This document shows, one piece after another, positions 9,588-22,523 of a stretch of DNA of 61,208 bases. The DNA lies in NCBI GenBank assembly GCA_913776885.1, contig CAJYQC010000418.1:1-61208 (forward strand). Reading direction: 5' to 3'. Both the position numbers and the translations under genes were made by a program. A model generated the notes under the pieces. That model saw only the letters and a list, made by a program, of their open reading frames with translations, had not been told where the DNA came from and ran no database searches. This DNA is from an uncultured Variovorax sp. (GTDB taxonomy: Bacteria > Pseudomonadota > Gammaproteobacteria > Burkholderiales > Burkholderiaceae_C). Numbering within the stretch: position 1 is the first letter of the stretch; each line of letters begins with the position of its first letter.

Positions 9588-10826
9588 TCAAAGATAGGAC
9601 GCGCGCGCCTTCAAGGCCGCCGGGTCGTAGCCGGCCACGCGCTTGTAGTTGTCCGAGATGGCCTGCAACTCGGCGACGGGCACGACCTCCTCGATGCTTT
9701 CGAAGCGCTTGCCGCCCGAGCGCTCGAACACCTCGCGCAGGATGGCGTCTGGCGGATTGCTGCGGTTGGTGAGCACCACCTCGGTGGTGGCCTTGACGCG
9801 CACGCGGTCGTAGTCTTCGAGCGCGGCGGTGCCGACGCCCATCTTCTTCAATGCTCCTGCGAGATAGCGCGCGTCGATGATGGCCTGCCCTGCGCCGTTG
9901 GAACCGCGCGGCACCATCGGGTGCGCGGCGTCGCCCAGCAGCGTGAGGCGGCCGTGCGTCCAGCGTGGCAGGGGGTCCTGGTCGACCATCGGATATTCGA
10001 GGATGGTGTCGGAAGCGAGGATCAGCGCCGGCACGTCGAGCCAGTCGAAATGCCAGTCGGCGAAGGCCGGCAGGAAGTCTTCGACGCGGCCCGCGCGGCT
10101 CCAGTCGCGCATCGCGGGTTGGGGCGCGTGGATCTCGGCCACCCAGTTCACCAGCTGGTTGCCCTCGGCGTCGATGTTGTCGCGGATCGGGTAGATCACC
10201 ATCTTGCCGACCGACAGCCAGCCCGCGCGCACCATGCTGCCGCCGGAGAGGAAAGGCTTCCAGCGCGCGGTGCCGCGCCACATGTTGATGCCGGAGTAGC
10301 GCGGCGCACCCTCGTCCGGATACAGCTGCTTGCGCAGCGCCGAGTGGATGCCGTCGCAGCCCACGGCGAGCGCGCCGCGCACCGCTGGCGCATCGGCGAA
10401 ATGCACGGTGACGCCGTCCGCGTCCTGCTCCACGTGCGTGCAGCGGCGGCCGCACACCACGCTGTCGGGGCCGAGGCGCTTCAGCGTCTCTTCGTACAGC
10501 ACCGTCTGCAGGTCGCCGCGATGGATGGAGAACTGCGGCCACTCGTAGCCCGCATGCTGGCCAGCCGCCTCGCGGAAAACCAGCTGTCCGTGCTCGGTGA
10601 AGAACACCGCTTCCTTCGTGCGCACGCCCACCTTGTCGAGGGCCTCCAGCAGCCCGAGCTCGGTGAGTTCGCGCACCGCATGCGGCAGCAGGTTGATGCC
10701 CACGCCCAGCGGCTTGAGTTCGGGCACCGCTTCGTACACGCGGCAGGGAATGCCGGCCTGGTGCAGGCTCAGCGCGAGGGTCAGGCCACCGATGCCGGCG
10801 CCCAGGATGATGACTTCGTTGCTCAT
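9588..10826 (-). CDS. FAD-dependent monooxygenase (salicylate hydroxylase-like group A)
   Basis: GAGIGGL, GCDGIHS and LLGDAAHPM fingerprints. Confidence 0.9.
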   Translation of the reverse strand: MSNEVIILGAGIGGLTLALSLHQAGIPCRVYEAVPELKPLGVGINLLPHAVRELTELGLLEALDKVGVRTKEAVFFTEHGQLVFREAAGQHAGYEWPQFSIHRGDLQTVLYEETLKRLGPDSVVCGRRCTHVEQDADGVTVHFADAPAVRGALAVGCDGIHSALRKQLYPDEGAPRYSGINMWRGTARWKPFLSGGSMVRAGWLSVGKMVIYPIRDNIDAEGNQLVNWVAEIHAPQPAMRDWSRAGRVEDFLPAFADWHFDWLDVPALILASDTILEYPMVDQDPLPRWTHGRLTLLGDAAHPMVPRGSNGAGQAIIDARYLAGALKKMGVGTAALEDYDRVRVKATTEVVLTNRSNPPDAILREVFERSGGKRFESIEEVVPVAELQAISDNYKRVAGYDPAALKARASYL

Positions 10827-10911
10827 GATGATCGGTCGTTGCGACGCGTTGCTTGCTTTGTCTCGGCCCGCATTAGGAACGCACCCGGATCATTTGGGAA
10901 ATTTAGATGTG

Positions 10912-10936
10912 ATATGGATTTATCATGAATCCATAT
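10912..10936. promoter_or_regulatory. Putative LysR operator
   Basis: Perfect inverted repeat ATATGGATT-N7-AATCCATAT between divergent genes, overlapping the LysR start codon. Confidence 0.6.
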
Positions 10937-11828
10937 GAATCTGTCGACCCGCCAGCTGCGCGCCTTCCTTCAGGTGGCCCGCGTGGGCAACTTCACGCGA
11001 GCGGCCGAGCAGGCGCACATCACGCAGGCCGGGCTCAGCATCCTGATCCGCGAGATGGAAAGGCAGCTGGGCTGCCGCCTCTTCGACCGCACCACGCGCG
11101 TGGTGAGCCTCACGCCCGCGGGCCGACGCCTGCTGCCGCTGGTCGAGCGCATGGTGACCGACCTCGACGACGTGGCCGCCGAGCTGGGCGCCGAGGGCGA
11201 CGCCGCACGCCAGACGCTGCGCATCGCGGCCACGCCGCTGGTGTCGTCGAACCTGCTGCCGCAGGTGTTCGCCAGCTTCCGCGAAGCGCATCCGCAGGTG
11301 AGCCTGCGCCTCTTCGATGCCGACCTGCGCGACGTGGAAGCGATGGTCGCTGCGGGCGAGGCCGACGTGGGGCTGGGTTTCTTCTTCAAGGCCGCGCCCG
11401 GGCTGTCGCGTGAACCGGTGGGGCACTTCCACCTGATGCGCGTGGAGTCCGGCGAGCCACAGGCCACTGGCACCGCGACGTGGTCGGCATTGCGCAGCGC
11501 CGAACTCATCGGCCTGCCGTCAGGCAATCCGATCCAGAAGGTGATCGACCAGCATCTCGCCGCCATCGGCCGCGCCGACGCGCAGCGCACTGCCTTCAAC
11601 TTCTTCGGCACGCTGATCGCGATGGTGGAGGCCGGCTTCGGCACCGCCGTGATGCCGACCTTCGCACTCGCTGCCTGCCGCCGCCACCGCGTGCGCACCG
11701 ATGTGCTGACCAAGCCGAAGGTGGGGCTGGACTTCTACCGCATCACCAAGCGCGGCGCGCACGAGACGGAGGCGATGCAGGCCTTCGTGGCCACGCTGGA
11801 GAAGGCGCTGCCCGAGCTGTCGCGCTGA
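10935..11828 (+). CDS. LysR-family transcriptional regulator
   Basis: NFTRAAEQAHITQAGLS...LFDRTTR HTH. Confidence 0.93.
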   Translation: MNLSTRQLRAFLQVARVGNFTRAAEQAHITQAGLSILIREMERQLGCRLFDRTTRVVSLTPAGRRLLPLVERMVTDLDDVAAELGAEGDAARQTLRIAATPLVSSNLLPQVFASFREAHPQVSLRLFDADLRDVEAMVAAGEADVGLGFFFKAAPGLSREPVGHFHLMRVESGEPQATGTATWSALRSAELIGLPSGNPIQKVIDQHLAAIGRADAQRTAFNFFGTLIAMVEAGFGTAVMPTFALAACRRHRVRTDVLTKPKVGLDFYRITKRGAHETEAMQAFVATLEKALPELSR

Positions 11829-11846
11829 CGAGCGGCGCGGGCGGCA

Positions 11847-12650
11847 CTACAGATCGAAGTCGTAGTCCACCGTGATCGGCGCATGGTCCGAAAACTTCAC
11901 GGTCTTGTAGATTTGTTCGGTGCGCGCCAGCGCGGCGATCTTCGGCGTGGCCAGGTGATAGTCCAGCCGCCACCCCACGTTGTTCGCATAGGCCTGCCCG
12001 CGGTTGCTCCACCAGGTGTAGGCCTCGGCGGTGGTGTCGGGCTTGAGCATGCGATAGACGTCCACCAGGCCCGCGCCCTCTGCGCCGGCGTCGAGCAGCT
12101 TGGTCATCCAGGCGCGCTCCTCGGGCAGGAAGCCGCTGTTCTTCTGGTTGCCGCGCCAGTTCTTCAGGTCGATCTCTTGATGGGCGATGTTGATGTCGCC
12201 GCACAGCACGAACTCGCGCTCCTTCTTGAGCGCCACCAGGTGCGGGAAGAAGCCCTTGAGGAAGCGGAACTTGGCCTCCTGGCGCTCCTCGCCCGAGCTG
12301 CCGCTCGGGAAGTAGCAGCTGATGACGGAGAACTTGCGCTTGGGAGTGTCGAAGCGCAGTTCGAGGTACCGGCCCTCGGCGTCGAACTCGGCGTCGCCCC
12401 AGCCCACCACGACCTGGCTCGGCGCGTGCTTGGTGTAGATGGCGGTGCCGGCGTAGCCCTTCTTCTCGGCGAAGTGGAAATGGCCCTTGAGGCCGGCCAT
12501 TTCCTCGAACCGGCCCTCGATGTCGCTGGCCTGGACGCGGATCTCCTGCATGCAAATACAATCCGGCGCAAGTTCGGCCACCCAGTCGGCCACGCCTTTG
12601 GTTGCGGCCGAACGCAGGCCATTGAGATTGAGACTGGTCAGTTTGAACAC
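11847..12650 (-). CDS. xth: Exodeoxyribonuclease III / AP endonuclease
   Basis: SLNLNGLRS, QE, GDINIAH, GWRLDY and SDHAP motifs; GTG start at 12650. Confidence 0.93.
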   Translation of the reverse strand: MFKLTSLNLNGLRSAATKGVADWVAELAPDCICMQEIRVQASDIEGRFEEMAGLKGHFHFAEKKGYAGTAIYTKHAPSQVVVGWGDAEFDAEGRYLELRFDTPKRKFSVISCYFPSGSSGEERQEAKFRFLKGFFPHLVALKKEREFVLCGDINIAHQEIDLKNWRGNQKNSGFLPEERAWMTKLLDAGAEGAGLVDVYRMLKPDTTAEAYTWWSNRGQAYANNVGWRLDYHLATPKIAALARTEQIYKTVKFSDHAPITVDYDFDL

Positions 12651-12662
12651 AAGGAATTTCCG

Positions 12663-13352
12663 ATGGCTGTAGATGGTGAGAAAAGCAAAAGCAGCGCGAT
12701 CGCCCAGGATTTCGTCCAGTTCGCCCTGGATGCCGGCGTACTGCGTTTCGGGGAGTTCAAGACCAAGGCCGGTCGGATGAGTCCCTACTTCTTCAATTCG
12801 GGCCTCTTCGACGACGGCGCCAAGATCGCCCGGCTCGCGGGATTCTATGCAGACCGCCTGATCGAGAGCGGCCTCGAATTCGACATGATCTTCGGCCCCG
12901 CCTACAAGGGCATCCCGCTGGGCGCCACGGTGGCCGCCGAGCTGGCCCGCCGGGGCCGCAACTACCCCTTCGCCTACAACCGCAAGGAAGCCAAGGCGCA
13001 CGGCGAGGGCGGCAACCTGGTCGGTGCGCCGCTCAAGGGCCGCGTGCTGATCGTTGACGACGTGATGTCCGCCGGCACCGCGGTGCGCGAGTCGATCGCC
13101 GCCATCGAGGCCGCAGGCGCCACGCCGCATGCCGTGGCCATCGCGCTCGACCGGCAGGAGAAGGCCACCGAGAACGGCGTCGACGTGGACCACAGCGCCG
13201 TGCAGTACGTGCGCAACCAGCTCGGCCTGTCGGTGATCGCCATCGCCACGCTCGACGACCTGCTGAGCTACCTCTCGGGCGATGCAGCGGCCGACCTCGG
13301 CGCGCACCGCGAACGCGTGCTGGCCTACCGCGCGCGCTACGGCGCCAGCTGA
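12663..13352 (+). CDS. pyrE: Orotate phosphoribosyltransferase
   Basis: GRMSPYFFN, FGPAYKGIP, NRKEAKAHGEGG, IVDDVMSAGT. Confidence 0.96.
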   Translation: MAVDGEKSKSSAIAQDFVQFALDAGVLRFGEFKTKAGRMSPYFFNSGLFDDGAKIARLAGFYADRLIESGLEFDMIFGPAYKGIPLGATVAAELARRGRNYPFAYNRKEAKAHGEGGNLVGAPLKGRVLIVDDVMSAGTAVRESIAAIEAAGATPHAVAIALDRQEKATENGVDVDHSAVQYVRNQLGLSVIAIATLDDLLSYLSGDAAADLGAHRERVLAYRARYGAS

Positions 13353-13366
13353 ACCGGGGCCGCCGA

Positions 13367-14062
13367 ATGCACCGCGCACGCGACGATCACGACCGAACGT
13401 TCCGCCTGCTGGCGGCGGCATCCCTTTTCATCACGGCTTCATCTTTCTGCGGCGCTCTGCAAGCGCAACCGCAGAAAGTGGAAGGCGCCTCCGCCGGCAT
13501 CTACACCTGCGTCGACGCCCGCGGCCGCACGCTGACGGCCGACCGCCCGATCGCAGAGTGCAACGACCGCGAGCAGCGCGAGCTGAACCCGAGCGGCTCG
13601 ACCCGCCGCAAGCTGGAGCCGACCTACACCGCGCGCGAACTCCAGGAGCGCGAGGACCGCGCCCGCGAAGCCGCGATCGTGGCCGCCCGGCAGACCGACG
13701 AACGGCGCCGCGAGCGTGCGCTGCTGGTGCGCTACCCCAACAGCGCCACACACGATCGCGAACGCGCCGAGGCACTCGCGCAGATCGATGCGGTGTCGGA
13801 AGCGGCGAGGAAACGCATCTCCGAGCTGGGCGAAGACCGCAAGAAGATCGACGAGGAGATGGAGTTCTACAAGCAGGACCCCACCAAGGCGCCGGCCGCG
13901 CTGCGCCGCAGGATCGACGACAACGCGAAGAGCGTGGCGGTGCAGAACCGCTTCATCGCGGAGCAGGAAGAAGAGAAGAAGCGGGTGAATGCGCGCTTCG
14001 ACGAGGAGCGCGTGCGGCTGAAGGCGCTCTGGTCCCCCCAGAACGGCGGGAACCCGAAGTAA
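13367..14062 (+). CDS. DUF4124-like exported coiled-coil protein
   Basis: IYTCVDARGR..ADRPIAEC N-terminal domain followed by a charged coiled coil; start uncertain. Confidence 0.7.
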   Translation: MHRARDDHDRTFRLLAAASLFITASSFCGALQAQPQKVEGASAGIYTCVDARGRTLTADRPIAECNDREQRELNPSGSTRRKLEPTYTARELQEREDRAREAAIVAARQTDERRRERALLVRYPNSATHDRERAEALAQIDAVSEAARKRISELGEDRKKIDEEMEFYKQDPTKAPAALRRRIDDNAKSVAVQNRFIAEQEEEKKRVNARFDEERVRLKALWSPQNGGNPK

Positions 14063-14152
14063 CCCCCCAGGCTGCGCGCACTTCGTGTCGCTTCGCCACA
14101 TCCTGCCGGGGGGCAACACCGGTGGCCCGGCAAAGCCGGTTCCACGGTGTTT
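14063..14152 (+). repeat. Family A palindromic repeat
   Basis: CCCCAGGCTGCGCGCACTTCGTGTCGCTTCGCCA...CCGGCAAAGCCGGTTCCACGGTGTT directly after the stop at 14062. Confidence 0.9.
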
Positions 14153-14163
14153 CCCAAACAGAG

Positions 14164-15654
<1,491 letters not shown>

Positions 15655-15655
15655 C

Positions 15656-17173
15656 TCAAAAACCTTCGGGCGTGCGTGCATGCCAATCGGTGGCCTGCTG
15701 GAAGCGGTGCGCTGCATTGAGCAGCTTCGCTTCGCCGAAGTAGTTGCCGATCAGCTGCAGGCCCACGGGCATGCCGTCGTCGAAGCCCGCGGGCACGCTC
15801 ATGCCGGGCAGGCCGGCCAGCGATGCGGGCAGCGTGAAGATGTCTGCGAGGTAGTCGGCCACGGGGTCGTCGCCGTGCTCGCCGATCTTCCAGGCGGTGG
15901 TGGGCGCGGCGGGGCCGGCGATCACGTCGCACTGCTTGAACGCCTGCTGGAAGTCGTCGGCGATCATGCGGCGCACCTTCTGCGCCTGCAGGTAGTAGGC
16001 GTCGTAGTAGCCGTGCGAGAGCACGTAGGTGCCGATCATGATGCGGCGCTTGACCTCGTCGCCGAAGCCTTCGGCGCGCGTGCGTTCGTACATCTGCGTG
16101 AGCGCGCTCTTCCTGCTCGCAGGGTCGATGAAGTCCTTGGCGCGGTGGCCGAACTTCACGCCGTCGAAGCGGCTCAGGTTGCTCGAGGCCTCGGCCGCGG
16201 CAAGGATGTAGTAGACGGGAATGGACAGCTCGGTGCGCGGCAGCGTGACCTCGACGCGCTTCGCGCCGAGCTTCTCGTACTGCGCGAGCGCCGCATCGAT
16301 GGCCGCGCGCACGCCGGGCGCCACGCCCTCGCCGAAGAACTCCTTCGGCACGCCGATGCGCAGGCCGTCGAGCGAGTCGTTCAGCGAGCGGCCGAAGTTC
16401 TCGGCCGGCTTGTCGAGCGAGGTGGAATCGCGGTCGAGGTCGGGCCCGCAGAAGGCCGACAGCAGCAGCGCGCAGTCTTCGGCCGAGCGGGCCATCGGGC
16501 CGGCCTGGTCGAGGCTCGAGGCGAAGGCCACCATGCCGTAGCGCGAGGCGCGGCCGTAGGTGGGCTTGATGCCGGTGATGCCGCAGAATGATGCGGGCTG
16601 GCGGATCGAGCCGCCGGTGTCGGTGCCAGTGGCGGCAGGAGCCAGCCGTGCAGCGACCGCAGCCGCGCTGGCGCCGGAGGAGCCGCCCGGAATGCGTTCG
16701 AGGTTCCAGGGGTTGCGAACGGGCGCGGCCTTGTCGTGGCCCACGGCGGGCACGGCGACGTTCTCGTTGGCCGAGCCCATCGCGAATTCGTCGCAGCTCA
16801 GCTTGCCCAGCGTGACCGCGCCGGCATCGGCCAGGCGGCGCACCACGGTGGCGTCGAAGGGCGAGCGGTAGCCCGCGAGCATCTTGGAGCCGGCGGTGGT
16901 GGCGAAGTCGGTGGTGACGAAGATGTCCTTGTGCGCGATCGGCACGCCGGCCAGCGCAGGGGCGCCGCCCTTGGCAATGAGCGCGTCGGCGGCGCGGGCC
17001 TGGGCGCGCGTGGCTTCCTCGTTCACGTCGAGGAAGGTGCCCAGCGCCTGGTGCGCCTTCATGCGGCCCAGGAAGGCCTGGGAGGCCTCGACGGCCGAGA
17101 CCTTGCGTTCGGCCAGCGCCTTCGCAAGCTCGACGACGCTCAATTGATGCAATTCACCGCTGCTGCTCATCAT
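15656..17173 (-). CDS. gatA: Asp-tRNA(Asn)/Glu-tRNA(Gln) amidotransferase subunit A
   Basis: Amidase signature [31 protein letters not shown]. Confidence 0.97.
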   Translation of the reverse strand: MMSSSGELHQLSVVELAKALAERKVSAVEASQAFLGRMKAHQALGTFLDVNEEATRAQARAADALIAKGGAPALAGVPIAHKDIFVTTDFATTAGSKMLAGYRSPFDATVVRRLADAGAVTLGKLSCDEFAMGSANENVAVPAVGHDKAAPVRNPWNLERIPGGSSGASAAAVAARLAPAATGTDTGGSIRQPASFCGITGIKPTYGRASRYGMVAFASSLDQAGPMARSAEDCALLLSAFCGPDLDRDSTSLDKPAENFGRSLNDSLDGLRIGVPKEFFGEGVAPGVRAAIDAALAQYEKLGAKRVEVTLPRTELSIPVYYILAAAEASSNLSRFDGVKFGHRAKDFIDPASRKSALTQMYERTRAEGFGDEVKRRIMIGTYVLSHGYYDAYYLQAQKVRRMIADDFQQAFKQCDVIAGPAAPTTAWKIGEHGDDPVADYLADIFTLPASLAGLPGMSVPAGFDDGMPVGLQLIGNYFGEAKLLNAAHRFQQATDWHARTPEGF

Positions 17174-17469
17174 TCGATTACCTTGGGCACGAGGAAAAGG
17201 CCGCCTTCGACGGCCGGGGCGCTCTTCTGGTTGGCTTCGCGGTTGTTCGGTTCGCTCACCACGTCGTCGCGCAGGCGCAGCGTGACGTCTTCGATGGCGG
17301 CCACGGGATGGGCCAGCGGCTCGACGCCCGAGGTGTCCACAGAACGCATGCGCTCGACGAGGTCGAAAAAGCCGTTGATCTGGCTGAGCATGCGCTCGCT
17401 TTCATCGGGAGCCAGCTGCAGCCTCGCCAGCGAGGCGATGCGCTCAATATCGGAAGCGGAAAGTGACAT
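17170..17469 (-). CDS. gatC: Asp-tRNA(Asn)/Glu-tRNA(Gln) amidotransferase subunit C
   Basis: [22 protein letters not shown]; upstream of gatA. Confidence 0.96.
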   Translation of the reverse strand: MSLSASDIERIASLARLQLAPDESERMLSQINGFFDLVERMRSVDTSGVEPLAHPVAAIEDVTLRLRDDVVSEPNNREANQKSAPAVEGGLFLVPKVIE

Positions 17470-17471
17470 AG

Positions 17472-18728
<1,257 letters not shown>

Positions 18729-18738
18729 CCGAGGTACA

Positions 18739-18829
18739 CCCCCAGGCTTCGCGCACTTCTTGTCGCTGCGCCAGCCCCCTTGCAGGGGGCAATACAAGCG
18801 GCCCGGCGAACCCGGTTACGCGGTATTCC
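18739..18829 (+). repeat. Family A palindromic repeat
   Basis: CCCCCAGGCTTCGCGCACTTCTTGTCGCTGCGCCA...CCGGCGAACCCGGTTACGCGGTATTCC, 10 nt after the mreB stop. Confidence 0.88.
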
Positions 18830-18898
18830 TGGCATCGTGATGTGTTAATTTCTTGTGCCGTAAATCGCGCAAGGCGCGGTGAAAATTAGGCCGAATTC

Positions 18899-19858
18899 AT
18901 GCCCCTGGGCACGCTCGATCGCACAGCGCCACCCCTGTTCAACCAGGGCCAGTCGGCACTCAGCAAGCTGATCTTCTTCGGCGCGCTCGCCCTGTTCCTC
19001 ATGGTGGCCGACGCGCGCTTCCACATCGTGCAGCCGATTCGCGCGGCCATCGGGGCTGTGCTCTATCCAGTGCAGTGGGTGGCGCTGAAGCCGGTGCAGG
19101 CGGTGCTCGGCGGCGGGCGCTACTTCGAAGACCTGCAGACTGCCCAGCGCAACGAGGACGACGCCCGCAAGGCGCTGATCGCCCAGGCCGAGCGAGCGGC
19201 CCAGGCCGACACGCTGGCGCAGGACAACGCCCGCCTGCGCGAGCTGCTCGAGCTGCGCCAGACCACCACCACGCCCGGGCGCGCGGCCGAGGTGCTCTAC
19301 GACGCGGCCGACCCCTACACCCGCAAGATCGTCGTCGACCAGGGCATGGCCCAGGGCGTGCAGCCCGGTTCGCCGGTGATCGACGCGCGCGGCGTGCTGG
19401 GGCAGGTCACGCAGGTGCTGCCCTTCACGAGCGAGGTCACGCTGGTGATCGACCGCGACCTTTCCATTCCCGTGCAGAACACCCGCACCGGCGTGCGCAG
19501 CGTGGCCTTCGGCGACGCCTCGGCGCACGGCGGCGGGCTGGAGCTTCGCTTCATGGCCGCCAACGCCGACCTGCAGGAGGGCGACCTGCTCTCCACCAGC
19601 GGCGTCGACGGCATCTACCCCGCCGGCCTGCCGGTGGCGAAGATCGAGCGCATCGAGCGCCGCGCCGATTCCGCCTTCGCCCGCATCTACTGCGTGCCGC
19701 TGGCCCACGTGACGGCCGCGCGCTACGTGCTGGTGCTCGAACCCACGGGCACGCCCGCTGCGCCACCGCCCACGCAGCCGGCAGTCACCCAGCGCAAGCG
19801 CCCCGAGGGCAAGCCGGGCGCGGGCAAGAACGAGAAGAAGCCGGGAGCACGCCCATGA
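18899..19858 (+). CDS. mreC: Rod shape-determining protein MreC
   Basis: DNARLRELL coiled coil, GVLGQV, TSGVDGIYPAGLPVA; follows mreB. Confidence 0.95.
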   Translation: MPLGTLDRTAPPLFNQGQSALSKLIFFGALALFLMVADARFHIVQPIRAAIGAVLYPVQWVALKPVQAVLGGGRYFEDLQTAQRNEDDARKALIAQAERAAQADTLAQDNARLRELLELRQTTTTPGRAAEVLYDAADPYTRKIVVDQGMAQGVQPGSPVIDARGVLGQVTQVLPFTSEVTLVIDRDLSIPVQNTRTGVRSVAFGDASAHGGGLELRFMAANADLQEGDLLSTSGVDGIYPAGLPVAKIERIERRADSAFARIYCVPLAHVTAARYVLVLEPTGTPAAPPPTQPAVTQRKRPEGKPGAGKNEKKPGARP

Positions 19859-20376
19859 TCAAGCGTCCAGGCCAGCAGCAGCTGCTGCTGCCCGTCAGCC
19901 CCGTCTTCATGTGGAGCAGCCTCGTGGTGGCGCTGCTGATCAACATGCTGCCGATCGGCCGCGCCGTCTGGATGCCCGACCTGCTGGCGCTGGTGATCGT
20001 GTTCTGGGGCGTGCACCAGCCCGCGCGCGTGGGCATCGGCGCGGCCTTCGTGTTCGGCCTGTGCATGGACGTGCACCAGTCGTCGATGCTGGGCCAGCAC
20101 GCGCTTTCCTACACCACGCTGGGCTTCTTCGCGATCACCATCCACCGGCGGCTGCTGTGGTACCCGGTGGCCTCGCAGGCGCTGCAGGTGCTGCCGCTCT
20201 TCGCGCTCTCGCAGCTGATCGAGGTGGTCACGCGGATGATCGGCGGCGGTGTGTTCCCGGGCTGGACGGTGCTGGCTTCGCCGGCCATCGAGGCTGCCTT
20301 GTGGCCCCTGGCAACAGCCTTGCTGCTGGCTCCCCAGCGCAGAACGCCGGAGCCGGACGAGAACCGTCCACTATGA
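19855..20376 (+). CDS. mreD: Rod shape-determining protein MreD
   Basis: PDLLALVIVFW, FVFGLCMDV, LGQHAL; ATGA overlap with mreC. Confidence 0.94.
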   Translation: MIKRPGQQQLLLPVSPVFMWSSLVVALLINMLPIGRAVWMPDLLALVIVFWGVHQPARVGIGAAFVFGLCMDVHQSSMLGQHALSYTTLGFFAITIHRRLLWYPVASQALQVLPLFALSQLIEVVTRMIGGGVFPGWTVLASPAIEAALWPLATALLLAPQRRTPEPDENRPL

Positions 20377-20381
20377 GTTCT

Positions 20382-20472
20382 CCCCCACGCTCCGCGCACA
20401 TCGGGTCGCTTCGCCAACCCCCTCGCCGGGGGCAACACCTTCGGCCGGGCAAAGCCCGTTGCGCGGTGTTCC
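20382..20472 (+). repeat. Family A palindromic repeat
   Basis: CCCCCACGCTCCGCGCACATCGGGTCGCTTCGCCAACCCCCTCGCCGGGGGCAACACC...CGGGCAAAGCCCG (stem-preserving changes), 5 nt after the mreD stop. Confidence 0.88.
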
Positions 20473-20552
20473 GCAGTCAATCCGTCCTGCTTTCGTGCGG
20501 CATTCGGCTCCCATTTGCCTTCGCACCTGCGCGCGCCTAAGCTCCCATCGCC

Positions 20553-22523
20553 ATGACCGAAATCCGCAACGTAGCAGCCGATCTCGCGCGCTTCAAGCGC
20601 CGCGTCATCGTGATCGGACTCGCGGTGCTCTTCGCCTTCGGGCTGCTGTGCGCGCGCCTGGTCTACCTGCAGGTCACGCGCCACGAGGACCTGGCCGAGC
20701 AGGCCGAGAGCAACCGCACGGCGGTGGTGCCGGTGGTGCCGAACCGGGGGCTCATCCTCGATCGCAACGGCATCGTGCTGGCCTCCAACTACTCGGCCTA
20801 CACGCTGGAGATCACGCCCTCGAAGGTGGGCGACGTGGAAGAGACCATCGACAGCCTCACGCAGGTGCTCGAAATCTCGCCGCGCGACCGCCGCCGCTTC
20901 AAGCGCCTGCGCGAGGACTCGCGCAGCTTCGACTCCATTCCGATCCGCACCCGCCTGAGCGACGAGGAGGTCGCCCGCTTCGCCGCCCAGCGCTACCGCT
21001 TCCCGGGCGTGGAGATCAAGGCGCGCCTGTTCCGCAACTACCCTCAGGGCGAGCTCGCCTCGCACGTGCTCGGCTACATCGGCCGCATCAACCAGCGCGA
21101 GAAGACCGCGATGGAGGACTGGGACGAAGAGGACCAGGCCAACTACAAGGGCACCGACTACATCGGCAAGCTGGGCATCGAACAGAGCTACGAGAAGACG
21201 CTGCACGGCCAGACCGGCGTGGAGCAGATGGAGACCTCCGCCGGCGGCCGCGCCGTGCGCCGCCTCGCCAGCCATCCGGCCACGCCGGGCAATACGGTGA
21301 TGCTGTCGCTCGACATCAAGCTGCAGAAGCTGGTGGAGGACATGTACGGAGACCGCCGCGGCGCGCTGGTGGCGATCGACCCGAAGACCGGCGAGATCCT
21401 CGCCTTCGTGAGCAAGCCCACCTTCGACCCGAACCTCTTCGTCGAAGGCATCGACAACGAGAGCTGGGCGGCGCTCACCGAATCCATCGACAAGCCGCTG
21501 CTGAACCGCGCCCTGCGCGGCACCTACCCGCCGGGCTCCACCTACAAGCCCTTCATGGCGCTGGCGGCGCTGCAGACCGGCAAGCGCGGCCCCAGCGTGG
21601 TGGTGAACGACCCAGGCTACTTCAACTTCGGCGGCCACCGCTTCGGCAGTCCCGAGGGCAACCTGGGCGGCGTCGACATGCGCCGCTCGATCCAGCTGTC
21701 GAGCAACATCTACTACTACTCGCTGGCCAACGAGATGGGCGTGGACATGATCCACGACTTCATGAAGCCGCTGGGCTTCGGCCAGATCACCGGCATCGAC
21801 CTCGGTGGCGAGGTGCGCGGCGTGCTGCCCAGCACCGAGTGGAAGCGCAACACCTACAAGCGCCCCGAGCAGAAGAAGTGGTACGCGGGCGAGACCATCT
21901 CGCTGGGCATCGGCCAGGGCTACAACAACTTCACCATGCTGCAGCTGGCGCAGGCCACCGCCACCATCGCCAACGGCGGCCTCAAGCACAAGCCTCACCT
22001 CGCGCTGGCCACGCGCGACACCGTGAGCGGCAACGTCGTGCCCCTGCCGCAGCCCGCGGCGGAGAACCTGGGCTTCACAGCCGCCAACATCGCGGTGATC
22101 CGCGAGGGCCTGACCAGCGTGGTCACCAGCGGCACCGCGCGCGGCGTGTTCGCGGGCGCCAGCTACCAGGCCGCCGGCAAGACCGGCACGGCGCAGGCGG
22201 TGTCGATGGGCCAGAACACCAAGTACAACGCGCGCGCGCTCGAGGAGCACCAGCGCGACCACGCCCTGTTCATGGCCTACGCGCCGGTGAACGACCCCAA
22301 GATCGCCCTGGCGGTGATCGTGGAGAACGCCGGCTGGGGCGCCGGCGCCGCAGCGCCCATCGCGCGCCGGGTGTTCGACTACTGGCTCGCCGACCAGTAC
22401 CCGAGCGAGGCCGACATGGCCGCCATCAAGATCGGCAAGGCAACCGCGCCGATCGGCAAGCCGCGCGTGGCGAGCGAGGTGGCCTGGCCGGCTGCGTCGG
22501 CCACGCCCGCCACCGCACCCTGA
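20553..22523 (+). CDS. mrdA: Penicillin-binding protein 2
   Basis: STYK (SxxK), SSN (SxN) and KTG motifs; N-terminal TM anchor; follows mreBCD. Confidence 0.96.
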   Translation: MTEIRNVAADLARFKRRVIVIGLAVLFAFGLLCARLVYLQVTRHEDLAEQAESNRTAVVPVVPNRGLILDRNGIVLASNYSAYTLEITPSKVGDVEETIDSLTQVLEISPRDRRRFKRLREDSRSFDSIPIRTRLSDEEVARFAAQRYRFPGVEIKARLFRNYPQGELASHVLGYIGRINQREKTAMEDWDEEDQANYKGTDYIGKLGIEQSYEKTLHGQTGVEQMETSAGGRAVRRLASHPATPGNTVMLSLDIKLQKLVEDMYGDRRGALVAIDPKTGEILAFVSKPTFDPNLFVEGIDNESWAALTESIDKPLLNRALRGTYPPGSTYKPFMALAALQTGKRGPSVVVNDPGYFNFGGHRFGSPEGNLGGVDMRRSIQLSSNIYYYSLANEMGVDMIHDFMKPLGFGQITGIDLGGEVRGVLPSTEWKRNTYKRPEQKKWYAGETISLGIGQGYNNFTMLQLAQATATIANGGLKHKPHLALATRDTVSGNVVPLPQPAAENLGFTAANIAVIREGLTSVVTSGTARGVFAGASYQAAGKTGTAQAVSMGQNTKYNARALEEHQRDHALFMAYAPVNDPKIALAVIVENAGWGAGAAAPIARRVFDYWLADQYPSEADMAAIKIGKATAPIGKPRVASEVAWPAASATPATAP

